Positions 10,580 through 21,131 are shown, numbered from the stretch's first letter. The stretch is 64,000 nt of DNA from an uncultured delta proteobacterium (GCA_963718965.1 CAVRBJ010000010.1:1540-65539); one strand, 5' to 3'. Numbers and translations: made by a program. The notes: a model not told the origin generated them from the sequence alone.

Positions 10580-11074
10580 TCAGGGGTGCATCAAATCGCG
10601 CAAGCTGCGCACCGCATGGAGCAACTCCACAATCAGCACAAGTGTTAACAGCCCGCAGCCTGCGGCAATGCCGAACACAAAGGGATAAATTGGAATCTGA
10701 ATGGTCGCCGATACCTGCCCTTTTTTCAGCAAATCAATGCCATAGAGCAGGGACTGCCAGGTAATAATGCCAAACAGCAGGGAGGCAATTATTGCATTTA
10801 TTGCGTCGATCAGAGCCTGCGCTTTCGGCGAAAAGCGCATGACCAGAAAATCAACCGCTATATGGCCTTTTTCAACAGAGGTGTAGCCCAGGGCAAAAGA
10901 GGTGACGACCGCCCCGAGCAGCCCGATTATTTCATACGTGCCGGGAACGGAGCTTTTAAAAAGGCGTAAAATAACATCAACGGTGGTGAGCAGCATCATA
11001 AGTATAAGAGCTGCAGCCGATATCAAGTTCGCCTTTTCAGCGGCTGCTGTAATGCTTTTTTCAATGCGAAACAT
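10580..11074 (-). CDS. dctQ: TRAP transporter small permease
   Basis: About 164 aa from the internal start MFRIEKSI. The annotated ORF extends to 11137. It has four predicted TM segments and sits between dctP and dctM. Confidence 0.8.
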   Translation of the reverse strand: MFRIEKSITAAAEKANLISAAALILMMLLTTVDVILRLFKSSVPGTYEIIGLLGAVVTSFALGYTSVEKGHIAVDFLVMRFSPKAQALIDAINAIIASLLFGIITWQSLLYGIDLLKKGQVSATIQIPIYPFVFGIAAGCGLLTLVLIVELLHAVRSLRDLMHP

Positions 11075-11147
11075 GCCAGCGTTCCACTTTCCAGTAAAAC
11101 AGCGGGTCCGCAGGCCACACAACCCGCAGCCCCGCATTGTGTTGCTA

Positions 11148-12179
11148 TTATTTCCTGCCGTTTTCTTTCAGGAGGCGCTTAATTTCAGCAACAGCCTTGT
11201 CGCCGGGCAGGCCTTTCTCATTGGAGCTTTTCTTAAAGCTTTCAATAACTGGTGCAACAGCCGCTACCCAGCGCTGATTTTCTGCAGCCGGAAGTACTGT
11301 GATTTCATTTTTCAGGCTCAAGGCGTATTCCCTGCCTTCTTTATCAAGACGGTCCCAGGCTTCACCGTGCTTTTGTATCCATTCGGCGCTGGTGTCATCG
11401 AAAATCTTTTTCATATCATCGGGCAGGGCATTCCATTTTTTCAGATTCATGACAACAAACATTGCCGTTGTATAGCCGATATCAGGGCAGTCGACCGTGT
11501 ATTTTACAACTTCAGCCTGCTTCCAGCCTTTAAGTGTTTCAATGGGTGTGAAGGTTCCGTCGACAACGCCTTTTTGAAGGGCTTCATAGGTTTCGCCTTG
11601 GGGCATGGCAACGGGAGCAGCACCTAGAGCTTCGGCAACTTTTGCGCTAAAGCCGGTTGAGCGGATTTTCATGCCCTTCAGGTCTTCCATTTTATTGACG
11701 GGCTTTTTGGTGTTCAGCAGACCGGGACCATGGGCGTGCAAATACAGCACTTTCACCTCATCCAGAGCCTGAGGTTTCATAGCTCTATAATAGCCGTTGG
11801 CAACAAGGGTTGCGATAAGGCCTGAAGGGTAGCCCATGGGCAGATCAAGAGCTTCCATAACCGGGAAGCGGCCCCGGGTGTAGGCAAAACATGACATGCC
11901 GATATCAGATATCCCATTCACCACCCCGTCATATACCTCAGGGGCTGCGGTAAGCGTGCCGCCGGCAAACACATCGATTTTAATCCTGCCGCCAGAGCGC
12001 TTTTCAATCTCTTTTGCCCAGGCAATAGCGACTTCGGCCTGCCCGTGCGAGGGGGGGAAAAAGAGGCTGTAGGTTAGTTTGACTGGTGCTGCATCAGGGG
12101 CGGCGTTGACGTCAGTATAACAGAGACAAACAGCCAAGACCATCAGAAACAGACCCGAAAGGAATGCTGGTTTCTTCAT
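11148..12179 (-). CDS. dctP: TRAP transporter substrate-binding protein (DctP family)
   Basis: Starts at MKKPAFLSGLFLMVLAVCL (signal peptide). The ORF extends to 12236. DctP-type body, first gene of the dctPQM operon. Confidence 0.88.
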   Translation of the reverse strand: MKKPAFLSGLFLMVLAVCLCYTDVNAAPDAAPVKLTYSLFFPPSHGQAEVAIAWAKEIEKRSGGRIKIDVFAGGTLTAAPEVYDGVVNGISDIGMSCFAYTRGRFPVMEALDLPMGYPSGLIATLVANGYYRAMKPQALDEVKVLYLHAHGPGLLNTKKPVNKMEDLKGMKIRSTGFSAKVAEALGAAPVAMPQGETYEALQKGVVDGTFTPIETLKGWKQAEVVKYTVDCPDIGYTTAMFVVMNLKKWNALPDDMKKIFDDTSAEWIQKHGEAWDRLDKEGREYALSLKNEITVLPAAENQRWVAAVAPVIESFKKSSNEKGLPGDKAVAEIKRLLKENGRK

Positions 12180-12391
12180 GTGGACCTCCCTTAAAAGTAT
12201 ATTGTGTGGGGGTGCGTCTACGGGACGCGTAAGCACAAATAAAGCCTGAAGAACGGCTTAAAAATAGTGTACATTTTATGTCATTTGGAAAAAAGTTGCA
12301 AGCATCATATCGATGTTTTCGGTGAAAGCTCCAACTTTCACCAGAAGGTTTGGAAGCGTGAATGAGCTTAGCACGTGCCGGCCAACAGTGC

Positions 12392-13159
12392 TCAGTTGGT
12401 AATGATGCAGCGATTTAAACTTCCCGTGGCATAGCCTTCCAGATCGACGGTAATAAACTGCCAGCCAAGCCTGCGAAAGGCTTTCGATATGAGGTTTCTG
12501 AATTCAGGGTCAAGCAGGCGTTTAATTTCTCCGGATGGGACTTCTATGCGGGCAATATTTCCGTGATGGCGGACGCGAACCTGCTCAAATCCGGCTTTAT
12601 GAAGAAGCATTTCAGCCGATTCAATGCGTTTCAACAGTGGTTCATCAATCATAGTTCCATAAGGAATGCGCGAGGCAAGGCATGCTGCGGCAGGCTTGTC
12701 CCATGTCGGCAAGCCGAAGCGGCGGGAAATCGAGCGGATCTCATTTTTTGTGAGCCCGGCCTCAAGCAGCGGGCTTCTGATGCCCAGCTCATGCACAGCC
12801 TGCATGCCGGGACGATAGTCGTTCAGGTCATCTGCATTGCTGCCTTCAATAACAAAACGCAGCCCTTCACGCCGGGCGATTTTTTTCAACTCACGGAATC
12901 TGTCGCGTTTGCACCAGTAGCAGCGGCGTTTGTCATTTTTAAGGAAGCGTGAATTAATCATCTCCCGGCCCTCAATGATCATGAGTCTGGCGCCAATAAT
13001 GCGGGCAAGCTGCCGGACCTCTTTTTGTTCTTCTTGTGTCATAACCGAAGAAACGGCGCAGACTGCAAGCACATTTTTTTTGCCGAGCGTATCTACAGCT
13101 GTTTTCAGCAGCAGGGTGCTGTCAACGCCGCCGGAGAATGCCACAAGAACGCTGTGCAT
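12392..13159 (-). CDS. larE: PP-loop ATP-dependent sulfur transferase, LarE-like (TIGR00268 family)
   Basis: 255 aa. PP-loop SGGVDSTLL near the N-terminus, CYWC (CxxC), and the LarE-type AACLASRIPYG motif. Confidence 0.8.
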   Translation of the reverse strand: MHSVLVAFSGGVDSTLLLKTAVDTLGKKNVLAVCAVSSVMTQEEQKEVRQLARIIGARLMIIEGREMINSRFLKNDKRRCYWCKRDRFRELKKIARREGLRFVIEGSNADDLNDYRPGMQAVHELGIRSPLLEAGLTKNEIRSISRRFGLPTWDKPAAACLASRIPYGTMIDEPLLKRIESAEMLLHKAGFEQVRVRHHGNIARIEVPSGEIKRLLDPEFRNLISKAFRRLGWQFITVDLEGYATGSLNRCIITN

Positions 13160-13197
13160 TTCTTTAAGTATTGCTCCTGAGCCGTGATTCTTTCTGT

Positions 13198-14277
13198 TTA
13201 GTCTTCATGCATGACCTCGTTGATTATACCGCCGCCAATAACCATATCCCCATCATAGAGCACAACTGACTGCCCCGGTGTAATGGCATCCTGTAGTTCG
13301 TCAAAGACCACATCCAGGCTATCTCCGGAAACCGAGAAACTGCAGGCTGCGGGTTTATGGGCATAGCGTATTTTTGCCAGAGCACGACCTGGTGGGGAGT
13401 TGCCATGCATGGTAATGTTCATTGCGCGAAGACGACGGGAGCGAACATGTTTTTTATCACCGACAATGAGTCTGTTTTTTTCTGCATCAATTTGAATGAC
13501 ATAGAGAGGTTCGGGGGCTGCAATTCCCAAGCCTCCGCGCTGACCGATGGTATAGAAGGGTATACCCTGATGAATGCCGCGCTTGTTTCCGGTCTGGTCG
13601 ATAATATCGCCGGGCTTTATATCATGCAAGTGCCGTATCAGAAATTTCCGGTAATTGCCGTCAGGAATAAAACAAATGTCCTGGCTGTCAGGCTTTTCAG
13701 CAACCGGCAGTCCTGCATCGCGGGCAAGATTCCTGATCTCGTCTTTTGTATAATCGGCAAGGGGGAAGACAATGTGTTTAAGCACATCATTGTTGACGGC
13801 ATACAAAAAATAGGACTGGTCCTTTCGAATATCTTTTGATCTTTTCAACAGTGTACGTTCCTGATGCGCTATAGTTGCTGCATAATGGCCGGTTGCAAGC
13901 ATGTCAAACCCGAGTTCTACTGCCTTATCGAACAGCAGGCCGAATTTGACATATTTGTTGCACTGCACGCAGGGGTTGGGTGTGCGGCCCCGGCCATACT
14001 CGGCCACAAAGGTATCGATCACATGTTTTTGCAGGTGTTGCGAGAAATCAAAAACAAAATGCCTGATGCTCAGGTGCTTGCAGACACGTCGTGCGTCATC
14101 AACAGCTCGGTTCGCACTGCATGATTCGTCATTGTTTTGCCGTATAACATCCTGAAGGCACATGGTGACGCCTGCCACGTCATGACCTGCATTTTTCAGC
14201 AGCAGCGCGGCAACCGATGAATCAACCCCGCCGCTCATGGCTACAAGGATTTTTTTTACCATTATAAAAGCATTCAA
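13198..14277 (-). CDS. mnmA: tRNA 2-thiouridine(34) synthase MnmA
   Basis: 359 aa. PP-loop SGGVDSSVAA, RTPNPCVQCN, DSQDICF and the C-terminal barrel. The start may instead be the internal Met at 14262. Confidence 0.92.
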   Translation of the reverse strand: MNAFIMVKKILVAMSGGVDSSVAALLLKNAGHDVAGVTMCLQDVIRQNNDESCSANRAVDDARRVCKHLSIRHFVFDFSQHLQKHVIDTFVAEYGRGRTPNPCVQCNKYVKFGLLFDKAVELGFDMLATGHYAATIAHQERTLLKRSKDIRKDQSYFLYAVNNDVLKHIVFPLADYTKDEIRNLARDAGLPVAEKPDSQDICFIPDGNYRKFLIRHLHDIKPGDIIDQTGNKRGIHQGIPFYTIGQRGGLGIAAPEPLYVIQIDAEKNRLIVGDKKHVRSRRLRAMNITMHGNSPPGRALAKIRYAHKPAACSFSVSGDSLDVVFDELQDAITPGQSVVLYDGDMVIGGGIINEVMHED

Positions 14278-14495
14278 AAACGGTTTGCATACAGGAAGCG
14301 TACAAGCAGAATTAAAGCACAGTTATCCTGATTGAGAAATAAGAAAAAAGCAGGTACTTTGTTAATGCTGTGAACCACGCACCAGTTTTTTGTCCATGAG
14401 CAGATCAAGTTATGCCCGAGTTGCGCGTCTAGTGTCTTGAAACAGGCTAGCGGATGCAATTCTGGCAATCAGTCGAAAGAATTTTTCTGGTGGTA

Positions 14496-15338
14496 TTAAT
14501 TTCCGGTGAATTTTCCGCTGATTGAAACAGCGCCGGTAGGGCATTTCAGGCAGCGGTAGCAGCGTATACAGCTGGTTGATTGGCAGGCATTGTTTTCATA
14601 TGCCTTAATCTCAACAGGGCAATCCCGCAGGCAGGCATCGCAGTGTATGCATTTTTCATGGTTAACCTGAGGCCGCAGTATGCTAACCTTATTAAATAGG
14701 CCATAGATGGCTCCAAGAGGGCATACCGTACGGCAAAAGGGACGTTTGCAGAGAACAAAAAGAACGATAAAAGCAGCAAGAATGCCAAGTTTAACATTAA
14801 AAAGCATGCCGGTCATTTCCCTGAGGTCGGAATTAAGCGATGTGAGCGGAATGCCTGCCTCAAGCGTGCCTGCAGGGCAAAACTTGCAGAACCACGGCTC
14901 GCCTGTTATCCAGGCAACACCGAAAACCACAAACACAAGAATCGCGTAGCGCAGCCATGAAAGTATCTTCGGGATGTGCAGTTTGGGAGATGGTATTTTA
15001 TTCAGCAGGTCCTGTAAGAGCCCGAAGGGGCATGCCCAGCCGCAGACAATGCGCCCCGCGGCAGTGCCGACCATGCCGAGAAAGCCGAGCATATAGAATG
15101 GTATGTGGTAGGTGCCGTATGCCGTCAGCATTTGCAGTGCTCCCACAGGGCATGTGAACAGGGCCGACGGGCATGAATGACAGTTGAGGCCTGGACATGG
15201 AGCAAGCTTGAAACTGCCCTGGTAGATGCTGCGCAGGTAGAAGCCGTAAAAATAGCAGTTGTACAGCACCACACTTGCAAACTGAGATATACGCTGCCAG
15301 GCTTTCATGCTTATCCTATCCCTATGCAGCTCAGGCAT
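14496..15338 (-). CDS. membrane-bound 4Fe-4S polyferredoxin (NapH/MauN-like, COG0348)
   Basis: 280 aa. TM segments carry CxxC motifs (CHSCP, CGWACPFG, CKFCPAG, CRTVCPLG). The C-terminus has two ferredoxin-type clusters (CIHCDACLRDCP, CIRCYRCLKCP). Confidence 0.8.
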   Translation of the reverse strand: MPELHRDRISMKAWQRISQFASVVLYNCYFYGFYLRSIYQGSFKLAPCPGLNCHSCPSALFTCPVGALQMLTAYGTYHIPFYMLGFLGMVGTAAGRIVCGWACPFGLLQDLLNKIPSPKLHIPKILSWLRYAILVFVVFGVAWITGEPWFCKFCPAGTLEAGIPLTSLNSDLREMTGMLFNVKLGILAAFIVLFVLCKRPFCRTVCPLGAIYGLFNKVSILRPQVNHEKCIHCDACLRDCPVEIKAYENNACQSTSCIRCYRCLKCPTGAVSISGKFTGN

Positions 15339-15558
15339 ACCACGATGGAATAGCTCATGATCATGTTGTGCTGCCCCATGGTGATGCCAACGATAAATAA
15401 AGCTGCCGACAGTGCGGCAATAATGGCTGGCAGATGTTTTTTAATAAAATGCACGGGCTTTTCCCTGTTTTGTGTTGCCTGCGCATGCAGGATTTGTTAT
15501 GTGATACGCTGAGCATGTAGAATATAAACCTTTTTTTTACTGCATTCAAGGGACAATA

Positions 15559-17064
15559 ATGATTATTTTAAATCGCTTCCATGCTGTGGTTTGTATATGC
15601 CTTGCACTGGTGGTGCCCGGCCGGGCCGCGTTTGCCCTCGGTATGACCGGCAAGGTTCAGCCGTTTGACCTTGGAAATGGGCTAAAAGTCCTCTTGATGG
15701 AGCGGCATACCTCGCCAACAATCTCTTTTTCCATGTGTTTTAAAACCGGTGCGGTGGATGAAAAAAGCGGGACCACAGGGGTAGCGCATTTGCTTGAGCA
15801 TATGCTGTTCAAGGGCACAAGAACAATCGGTACACGCGATTTCAAAGCCGAGCAGAAGTTGCTTGCCCGTATTGATGAGGTGGCAATGCAACTTGATGCT
15901 GAGCGGCGAAAGAGCAGTGCCGGTGACGCCGACAGGATTGCAGGCCTTTCAGGCAATTTAAAAATACTCCAGGAACAGGAAAATGCCCTTATAATAGAAA
16001 ATGAATTTGATACAATATACACACGCAACGGTGCCGAAGGCATGAATGCTGGCACGGGGTATGACATAACCACCTATACGGTCAGCCTGCCGTCAAACCG
16101 GCTTGAACTCTGGATGCGTCTTGAGTCGGAACGATTTGAGCATCCGGTGTTCCGCCAGTACTATGCCGAGCGCGACGTTGTAATCGAGGAGATGAGGCAG
16201 AGCTACGAAACAAAACCTGACCGTTTACTTTCAACACAGCTTCTATCGGCAGCGTATCAAGCCCATCCCTATGGGCGGCCCATTATCGGCTGGAAGTCAG
16301 ACATTCAGTTTCTGCCGCGGTCCGTATGCGAGGAGTTTTTCAAAAACCGCTACTCCCTGGCAAATGCTGTTGTGGCAGTTGTAGGAGACATCGATATTGA
16401 AAAGACCAAAAAACTTTTTGAGCAGTATTTTTCTCCTATTCCTACCCGGGCGGTAGAAGAGCCGTTTGTCTCACAGGAGCCGGAGCAGATGGGCGAGCGC
16501 CGTATCGAGGTTCGTTTCGATGCCGAGCCCCATGTGCTTATAGGCTTTCACAAGCCTACGTTTCCCGAACGAGATGATTATGTTTTTGACCTGATCGATG
16601 CCCTTCTTTCAAATGGCAGAACATCGCGGCTGTATCAATCTCTGGTGCTGCATAAAAAAATAGCTTCATCCGTTGATACTTCAAATGGTTTTCCCGGTGC
16701 GCGTTTCCCAAACCTTTTTATCATTCAGGCAATTCCGCTCAAAGGCGTTTCATGCACCACTGTTGAAGCAGCGATATATGCCGAGATCGACAGGCTTGCT
16801 CGAGTCCCAATACCGCCTGAAGAACTCGCAAAAGTTAAAAAACAGTTCCGCGCCGATTTCATTCGCAATCTGAACTCCAATCAGGGATTGAGCCATATGC
16901 TGTCCTATTATCAGATCGCGTGCAATGACTGGAGCTATGTTGAAAAAAGCCTTGCGGTTATTGAGGGCATTTCTTCAGAAGATGTTCAAGCTGCGATAAA
17001 AAAATATCTTATTTCGCGCAACAGGACCGTTGCGACCCTTGTGAAAGATAAAAACAATGAATAG
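15559..17064 (+). CDS. M16 family zinc peptidase (pitrilysin-like), active subunit
   Basis: 501 aa with a signal peptide and the inverted zinc motif HLLEHMLFKG (HxxEH). Confidence 0.9.
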   Translation: MIILNRFHAVVCICLALVVPGRAAFALGMTGKVQPFDLGNGLKVLLMERHTSPTISFSMCFKTGAVDEKSGTTGVAHLLEHMLFKGTRTIGTRDFKAEQKLLARIDEVAMQLDAERRKSSAGDADRIAGLSGNLKILQEQENALIIENEFDTIYTRNGAEGMNAGTGYDITTYTVSLPSNRLELWMRLESERFEHPVFRQYYAERDVVIEEMRQSYETKPDRLLSTQLLSAAYQAHPYGRPIIGWKSDIQFLPRSVCEEFFKNRYSLANAVVAVVGDIDIEKTKKLFEQYFSPIPTRAVEEPFVSQEPEQMGERRIEVRFDAEPHVLIGFHKPTFPERDDYVFDLIDALLSNGRTSRLYQSLVLHKKIASSVDTSNGFPGARFPNLFIIQAIPLKGVSCTTVEAAIYAEIDRLARVPIPPEELAKVKKQFRADFIRNLNSNQGLSHMLSYYQIACNDWSYVEKSLAVIEGISSEDVQAAIKKYLISRNRTVATLVKDKNNE

Positions 17065-18487
17065 ATCAACGTTCTCTATCCTGCCGCTGCTTTTATTTCT
17101 CTGCGCATGCTCGCTGACTAATCCAAAAGAACATCTGAGTACAACTGACAGCTTTCAACCGATTGTTTTTAAAGCGCCGACTCCGGAGCGAATTGAACTG
17201 CAAAACGGAATGATAGTCTATTTGCTTGAAGACCATGAACTACCCCTTATAAACATTACCGCCTCTTTACGAACCGGTTCTATTTATGAACCGGCCGAAC
17301 TTGCCGGACTTGCGGCCCTTACCGGTGGAGGGATGCGAACAGGCGGTACGCTGCATATGACTTCCACTGAAGTAGACCGTCAGCTTGAGGCAATGAGCGC
17401 ACAGGTGAGCGTAGGTATCGGCCTGGAACAGGGTTCGGCATCTCTGTCTGTACTCAAGGAGGATTTTGAAAAAGGGTTTTCCATTTTTTCCCGGATTCTT
17501 ATGCAGCCGGTGTTTGAAAAAGAGAAGTTTGAAATCGCCCGGAATAATATGTGTCAGGGCCTCAGGCAGCTGCCCGATAACCCTCAGAGCCTGGCTTTCC
17601 GGGAGTTTAAAAAATTAATGTATGCAGGCAATCCCCGCGGCATACTGCCCACGGTCGCTTCAGTACAAAGGATAAAACGGGATAATCTTGTGGCTTTTCA
17701 CCAAAAATTTTTTCAACCGGAAAATATTATGCTTGCGATCTCCGGTGATTTCAGCCGCGACAGAATGCTTGCTCATATAAGGAATGCGTTTGACACCTGG
17801 CCAGGATCCTCATATTCTGTGCCCAATGTTTCACTACCCGCACAGCTTAAGTCACTGCAGCTTTACCATCTGCAAAAGCAGCTTACGCAGTCGACCATTG
17901 TCATGGGGCACTTTGCACCGCCCAAAAACCATCCGGACTATTTCGCTTTTCAAGTTCTTGATTTCATTATCGGCGGTGGCGGTTTTACTTCCCGTCTTTT
18001 CTCTCAAGTCCGCACTGCGCAGGGCCTTGCCTACAGTGTTGGCAGCTTTTACCGCGGCGATACAGGCTACGGAGTCTTTGGTGCCTACTGCATGACAAAA
18101 GCGGACTCTACCTATCGGGCTACTTCACTTATGCTGGAGATTCTTGACACTATAAAAAAAGGCGAACTATCTGAAAAAGAGCTTCAATGGGCAAAGGAAT
18201 CCATTCTAAATAACTTTATTTTTTCTTTTACCTCAAGCTCTCAGATTGCAGCTCAGCAGATGCAGCTTGAGTATGACGGTCTGCCCGCTGATTTCATCAG
18301 CACAGCCCCCGGCAAGATAGGTTCTGTAACTCTGCAGGATATTGCGCGTGTGGCCGATACCTGGCTTAATCCGGATAAAATGCTTATCCTTTTTGTCGGC
18401 GATGCCAGACACCTTGATGTAAAGCTTGACGCATGGAAACTCGGCAGGGTTTCCACCATAACCTCGGACATTACTGATGAAAAGTAA
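17057..18487 (+). CDS. M16 family peptidase, non-catalytic partner subunit (lipoprotein)
   Basis: 476 aa with a lipobox (LLLFLCAC). The body is M16-like but lacks HxxEH. It overlaps the upstream M16 gene by 8 nt. Confidence 0.85.
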   Translation: MNRSTFSILPLLLFLCACSLTNPKEHLSTTDSFQPIVFKAPTPERIELQNGMIVYLLEDHELPLINITASLRTGSIYEPAELAGLAALTGGGMRTGGTLHMTSTEVDRQLEAMSAQVSVGIGLEQGSASLSVLKEDFEKGFSIFSRILMQPVFEKEKFEIARNNMCQGLRQLPDNPQSLAFREFKKLMYAGNPRGILPTVASVQRIKRDNLVAFHQKFFQPENIMLAISGDFSRDRMLAHIRNAFDTWPGSSYSVPNVSLPAQLKSLQLYHLQKQLTQSTIVMGHFAPPKNHPDYFAFQVLDFIIGGGGFTSRLFSQVRTAQGLAYSVGSFYRGDTGYGVFGAYCMTKADSTYRATSLMLEILDTIKKGELSEKELQWAKESILNNFIFSFTSSSQIAAQQMQLEYDGLPADFISTAPGKIGSVTLQDIARVADTWLNPDKMLILFVGDARHLDVKLDAWKLGRVSTITSDITDEK

Positions 18488-20177
18488 CCGCGTTTTTTTG
18501 AAGGCCATTATTACTGTTGCAGTCTGTAGCGCACTTGTCTCATGTTCAGTTTCGTTACAACAGTCCTTGCCTGCGGCAAAAATAACCAGCATGCCGGATA
18601 ACAAAACGACATTGCCTCCAAAGGTTTATTATCATTTCCTTGCTGCGCAGTCATGTATGGGGCAGCAGAACTGGGACTGTGCCAGAAAGGAATTTGAGTC
18701 AGCTCTTGAATATGACAACAATTCATCGTATCTGCATCTCCAACTGGCTCAGGTGTATGCTGTGAGTGGTGATTTTGAAAAAGCAGCCGACTGGGCTGAA
18801 AAAGCATCTGTGGCCGATCCTGATAATGTTGATGCGTACTATATGCTCGTACGCATTTATGTAGCTCAGAACCGTGCTGAAGATGCTATCAAGCAATACG
18901 AAAAAATTTTTTCCCTTGATGCGACCGATGAAGAAGCATATTTCACCCTTGCCATGCTCCAGCAGCAGCAGAAGCGTCATGGCGATTCTATTGCAACGAT
19001 AAAAAAGCTGCTCAAGGTACATGCGCGATCTGCCTCGGCCTGGTTTTTTCTTGGCAATATTTATATGGATATCGGCGCATTCGGTAAGGCGCGCACATGC
19101 TATCTTCAGGCGCTGGAGATTGATCCGGCATTTGAACCGGCGCTTATAAATCTTGCTTTGCAGTATGAAGCCGAGGGGGAGATTCCGCAGGCGATTGAAA
19201 CGCTGCAGAAGGTTGTTGAACTCAACTCTGAAAATTACCGCGCACGTGACAAACTGGCCTTTCTCTTTTTAAAGCAGGACCGGCTTCAAGAAGCCCTTGA
19301 AAATTATATCTATATCCGTGATGCCAATCCTGAGTATGCTGGAGAGCTTGAGACAAAAATCGGACTTATTTATTATGACCTTGAGCAGTGGAACAATGCA
19401 GAGCAGTCCTTTGATGCAGCAGCTGAAAAAAACCCCGGCAATGACAGGCTGCAGTACTATCATGGCATTGCCCTTGAACGTCTCAAACGCAATCATGAGG
19501 CGCGGCTTGCATTTTCTGCCGTTCCTTCTGATTCTAAATTTTATGCGCAGGCACGATTGCATCTGGGGTTTATACTGGATGAAGAAGGCGACAGAGAGCG
19601 TGCCCGCCAGGTTGTTCGTGAAGCATTAGCCACACAGAAAGGGGATGCTGACCTGTATCATTTTCTTGCTTCGCTCTATGAAAAAGACTCCCGCATTGAC
19701 GAAGGTATCGCAGTTATTAAAGAAGGCCTTTCCCTTAAGCCCGAGAATGAGGATCTGCTTTTTTATCTTGGTGTACTGTATGATAAGGCAAAACGATTCG
19801 ATGAAAGCGTCGACGTCATGCAGGACGTGCTGCGGCTCAATAAAAATAATGCTGAAGCCCTCAATTTCATCGGGTATTCATGGGCTGACAGAGGTATGAA
19901 CCTTGACAAATCAGAACAGCTGATTAAAAAGGCCCTCAAGCTTAAACCGGAGGACGGCTATATACTAGACAGCCTGGGCTGGGTTTATTTCAAACAGGGC
20001 CGGACCGATGAAGCAATATCTGCGCTTGAAAAGGCAGTTCTATTAGCGCCAAAAGACGCAATAATTGCCGAGCATCTTGGTTATGCCTACGTGTCAAATA
20101 ATCAATATGAGCGAGCGCGCCACATGTTTAAACAAGCTCTTGAACTTGATCCGACGAAAAGAATATTTAAAGGCTAA
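18477..20177 (+). CDS. TPR-repeat lipoprotein
   Basis: 566 aa. The signal/lipobox is AVCSALVSCS, and TPR repeats run throughout. It overlaps the end of the M16 gene. Confidence 0.85.
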   Translation: MKSNRVFLKAIITVAVCSALVSCSVSLQQSLPAAKITSMPDNKTTLPPKVYYHFLAAQSCMGQQNWDCARKEFESALEYDNNSSYLHLQLAQVYAVSGDFEKAADWAEKASVADPDNVDAYYMLVRIYVAQNRAEDAIKQYEKIFSLDATDEEAYFTLAMLQQQQKRHGDSIATIKKLLKVHARSASAWFFLGNIYMDIGAFGKARTCYLQALEIDPAFEPALINLALQYEAEGEIPQAIETLQKVVELNSENYRARDKLAFLFLKQDRLQEALENYIYIRDANPEYAGELETKIGLIYYDLEQWNNAEQSFDAAAEKNPGNDRLQYYHGIALERLKRNHEARLAFSAVPSDSKFYAQARLHLGFILDEEGDRERARQVVREALATQKGDADLYHFLASLYEKDSRIDEGIAVIKEGLSLKPENEDLLFYLGVLYDKAKRFDESVDVMQDVLRLNKNNAEALNFIGYSWADRGMNLDKSEQLIKKALKLKPEDGYILDSLGWVYFKQGRTDEAISALEKAVLLAPKDAIIAEHLGYAYVSNNQYERARHMFKQALELDPTKRIFKG

Positions 20178-20182
20178 AATAA

Positions 20183-20989
20183 ATGAAATTTCAGACAAAT
20201 AGATATATTTACTTCCTTATTTTTTTAGGTTTATTCTGCGGCGGATGCGCTGCAATACCAGATCGCAAGACCACCCTTCCGGTTCTTAAAGACCCGGCCG
20301 GTTATTTTCAGGATGTTATCAAGAAGTCGCACGCTATCAAGGAGGTCTCGGGATATGCAAAACTTAAAATTTCTTCGGGCGGGAAAACTTCGACATCACG
20401 AAATGTTTTTTTTGTCAGAAGTCCGGACATGATACGGATCGAAACACTGGGCTTTTTGAGCCGCCCGGCCCTGTTTTTTACCGCTGACAGCAGAGCTATG
20501 TCCATCTTCGTCATTGAAAGCAATGCCTTCTATAGCGGTCATACTACTGCTGAAAATTTGCAGCGAATCATTGGCATGCGGCTTGAACTCCGCGAAATCG
20601 TTCTATCATTTCTGGGGTGCCCGCCACTTGCCGACTGCACTCCTATGAGGATTACCTGTAGTCAAGATAGGAACCAGTATCTTTTTACCATTGCATGTGA
20701 AGGACGAAAACAGTTGCTCTGGATCGACCCTTCTGCAAGAATTATTACAGGGTATAAACTGTATGAGAATAAATCACCTGTATATGAATATGTTTTTTCT
20801 AATTTCCAGAGCTATGACGGCCGTCTTTTCCCTTTAAAAACAGCTATTCATCACTACACCACCAGGACAGATATCACGCTTGAACTTGAATCGATCAGCT
20901 TTGATGCGATTTCCGCTGAACGATTCAATATGAATCTGCCGCAGGGGGCGACTTCCATTGGCATTGAAGAGTTTGGCCTGCCCCATTGA
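20183..20989 (+). CDS. outer-membrane lipoprotein, LolB-like / DUF4292-like
   Basis: 268 aa with lipobox LFCGGC. Its size and its position directly after the TPR lipoprotein are typical of the LolB/DUF4292 family. The assignment rests on context and composition, not on a strict motif. Confidence 0.55.
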   Translation: MKFQTNRYIYFLIFLGLFCGGCAAIPDRKTTLPVLKDPAGYFQDVIKKSHAIKEVSGYAKLKISSGGKTSTSRNVFFVRSPDMIRIETLGFLSRPALFFTADSRAMSIFVIESNAFYSGHTTAENLQRIIGMRLELREIVLSFLGCPPLADCTPMRITCSQDRNQYLFTIACEGRKQLLWIDPSARIITGYKLYENKSPVYEYVFSNFQSYDGRLFPLKTAIHHYTTRTDITLELESISFDAISAERFNMNLPQGATSIGIEEFGLPH

Positions 20990-21131
20990 TGCAGATACAG
21001 ACTGATACGGCATTTGTTTGACCTGCTTTCATACAGAATATTTTTTGTTGTTTCTTCTTGATATTTTAATTAGGAAATAGTAGCTGTTTTGATAGTCTAT
21101 TAAAATAAACCAATCATATTCATGTACTGCC

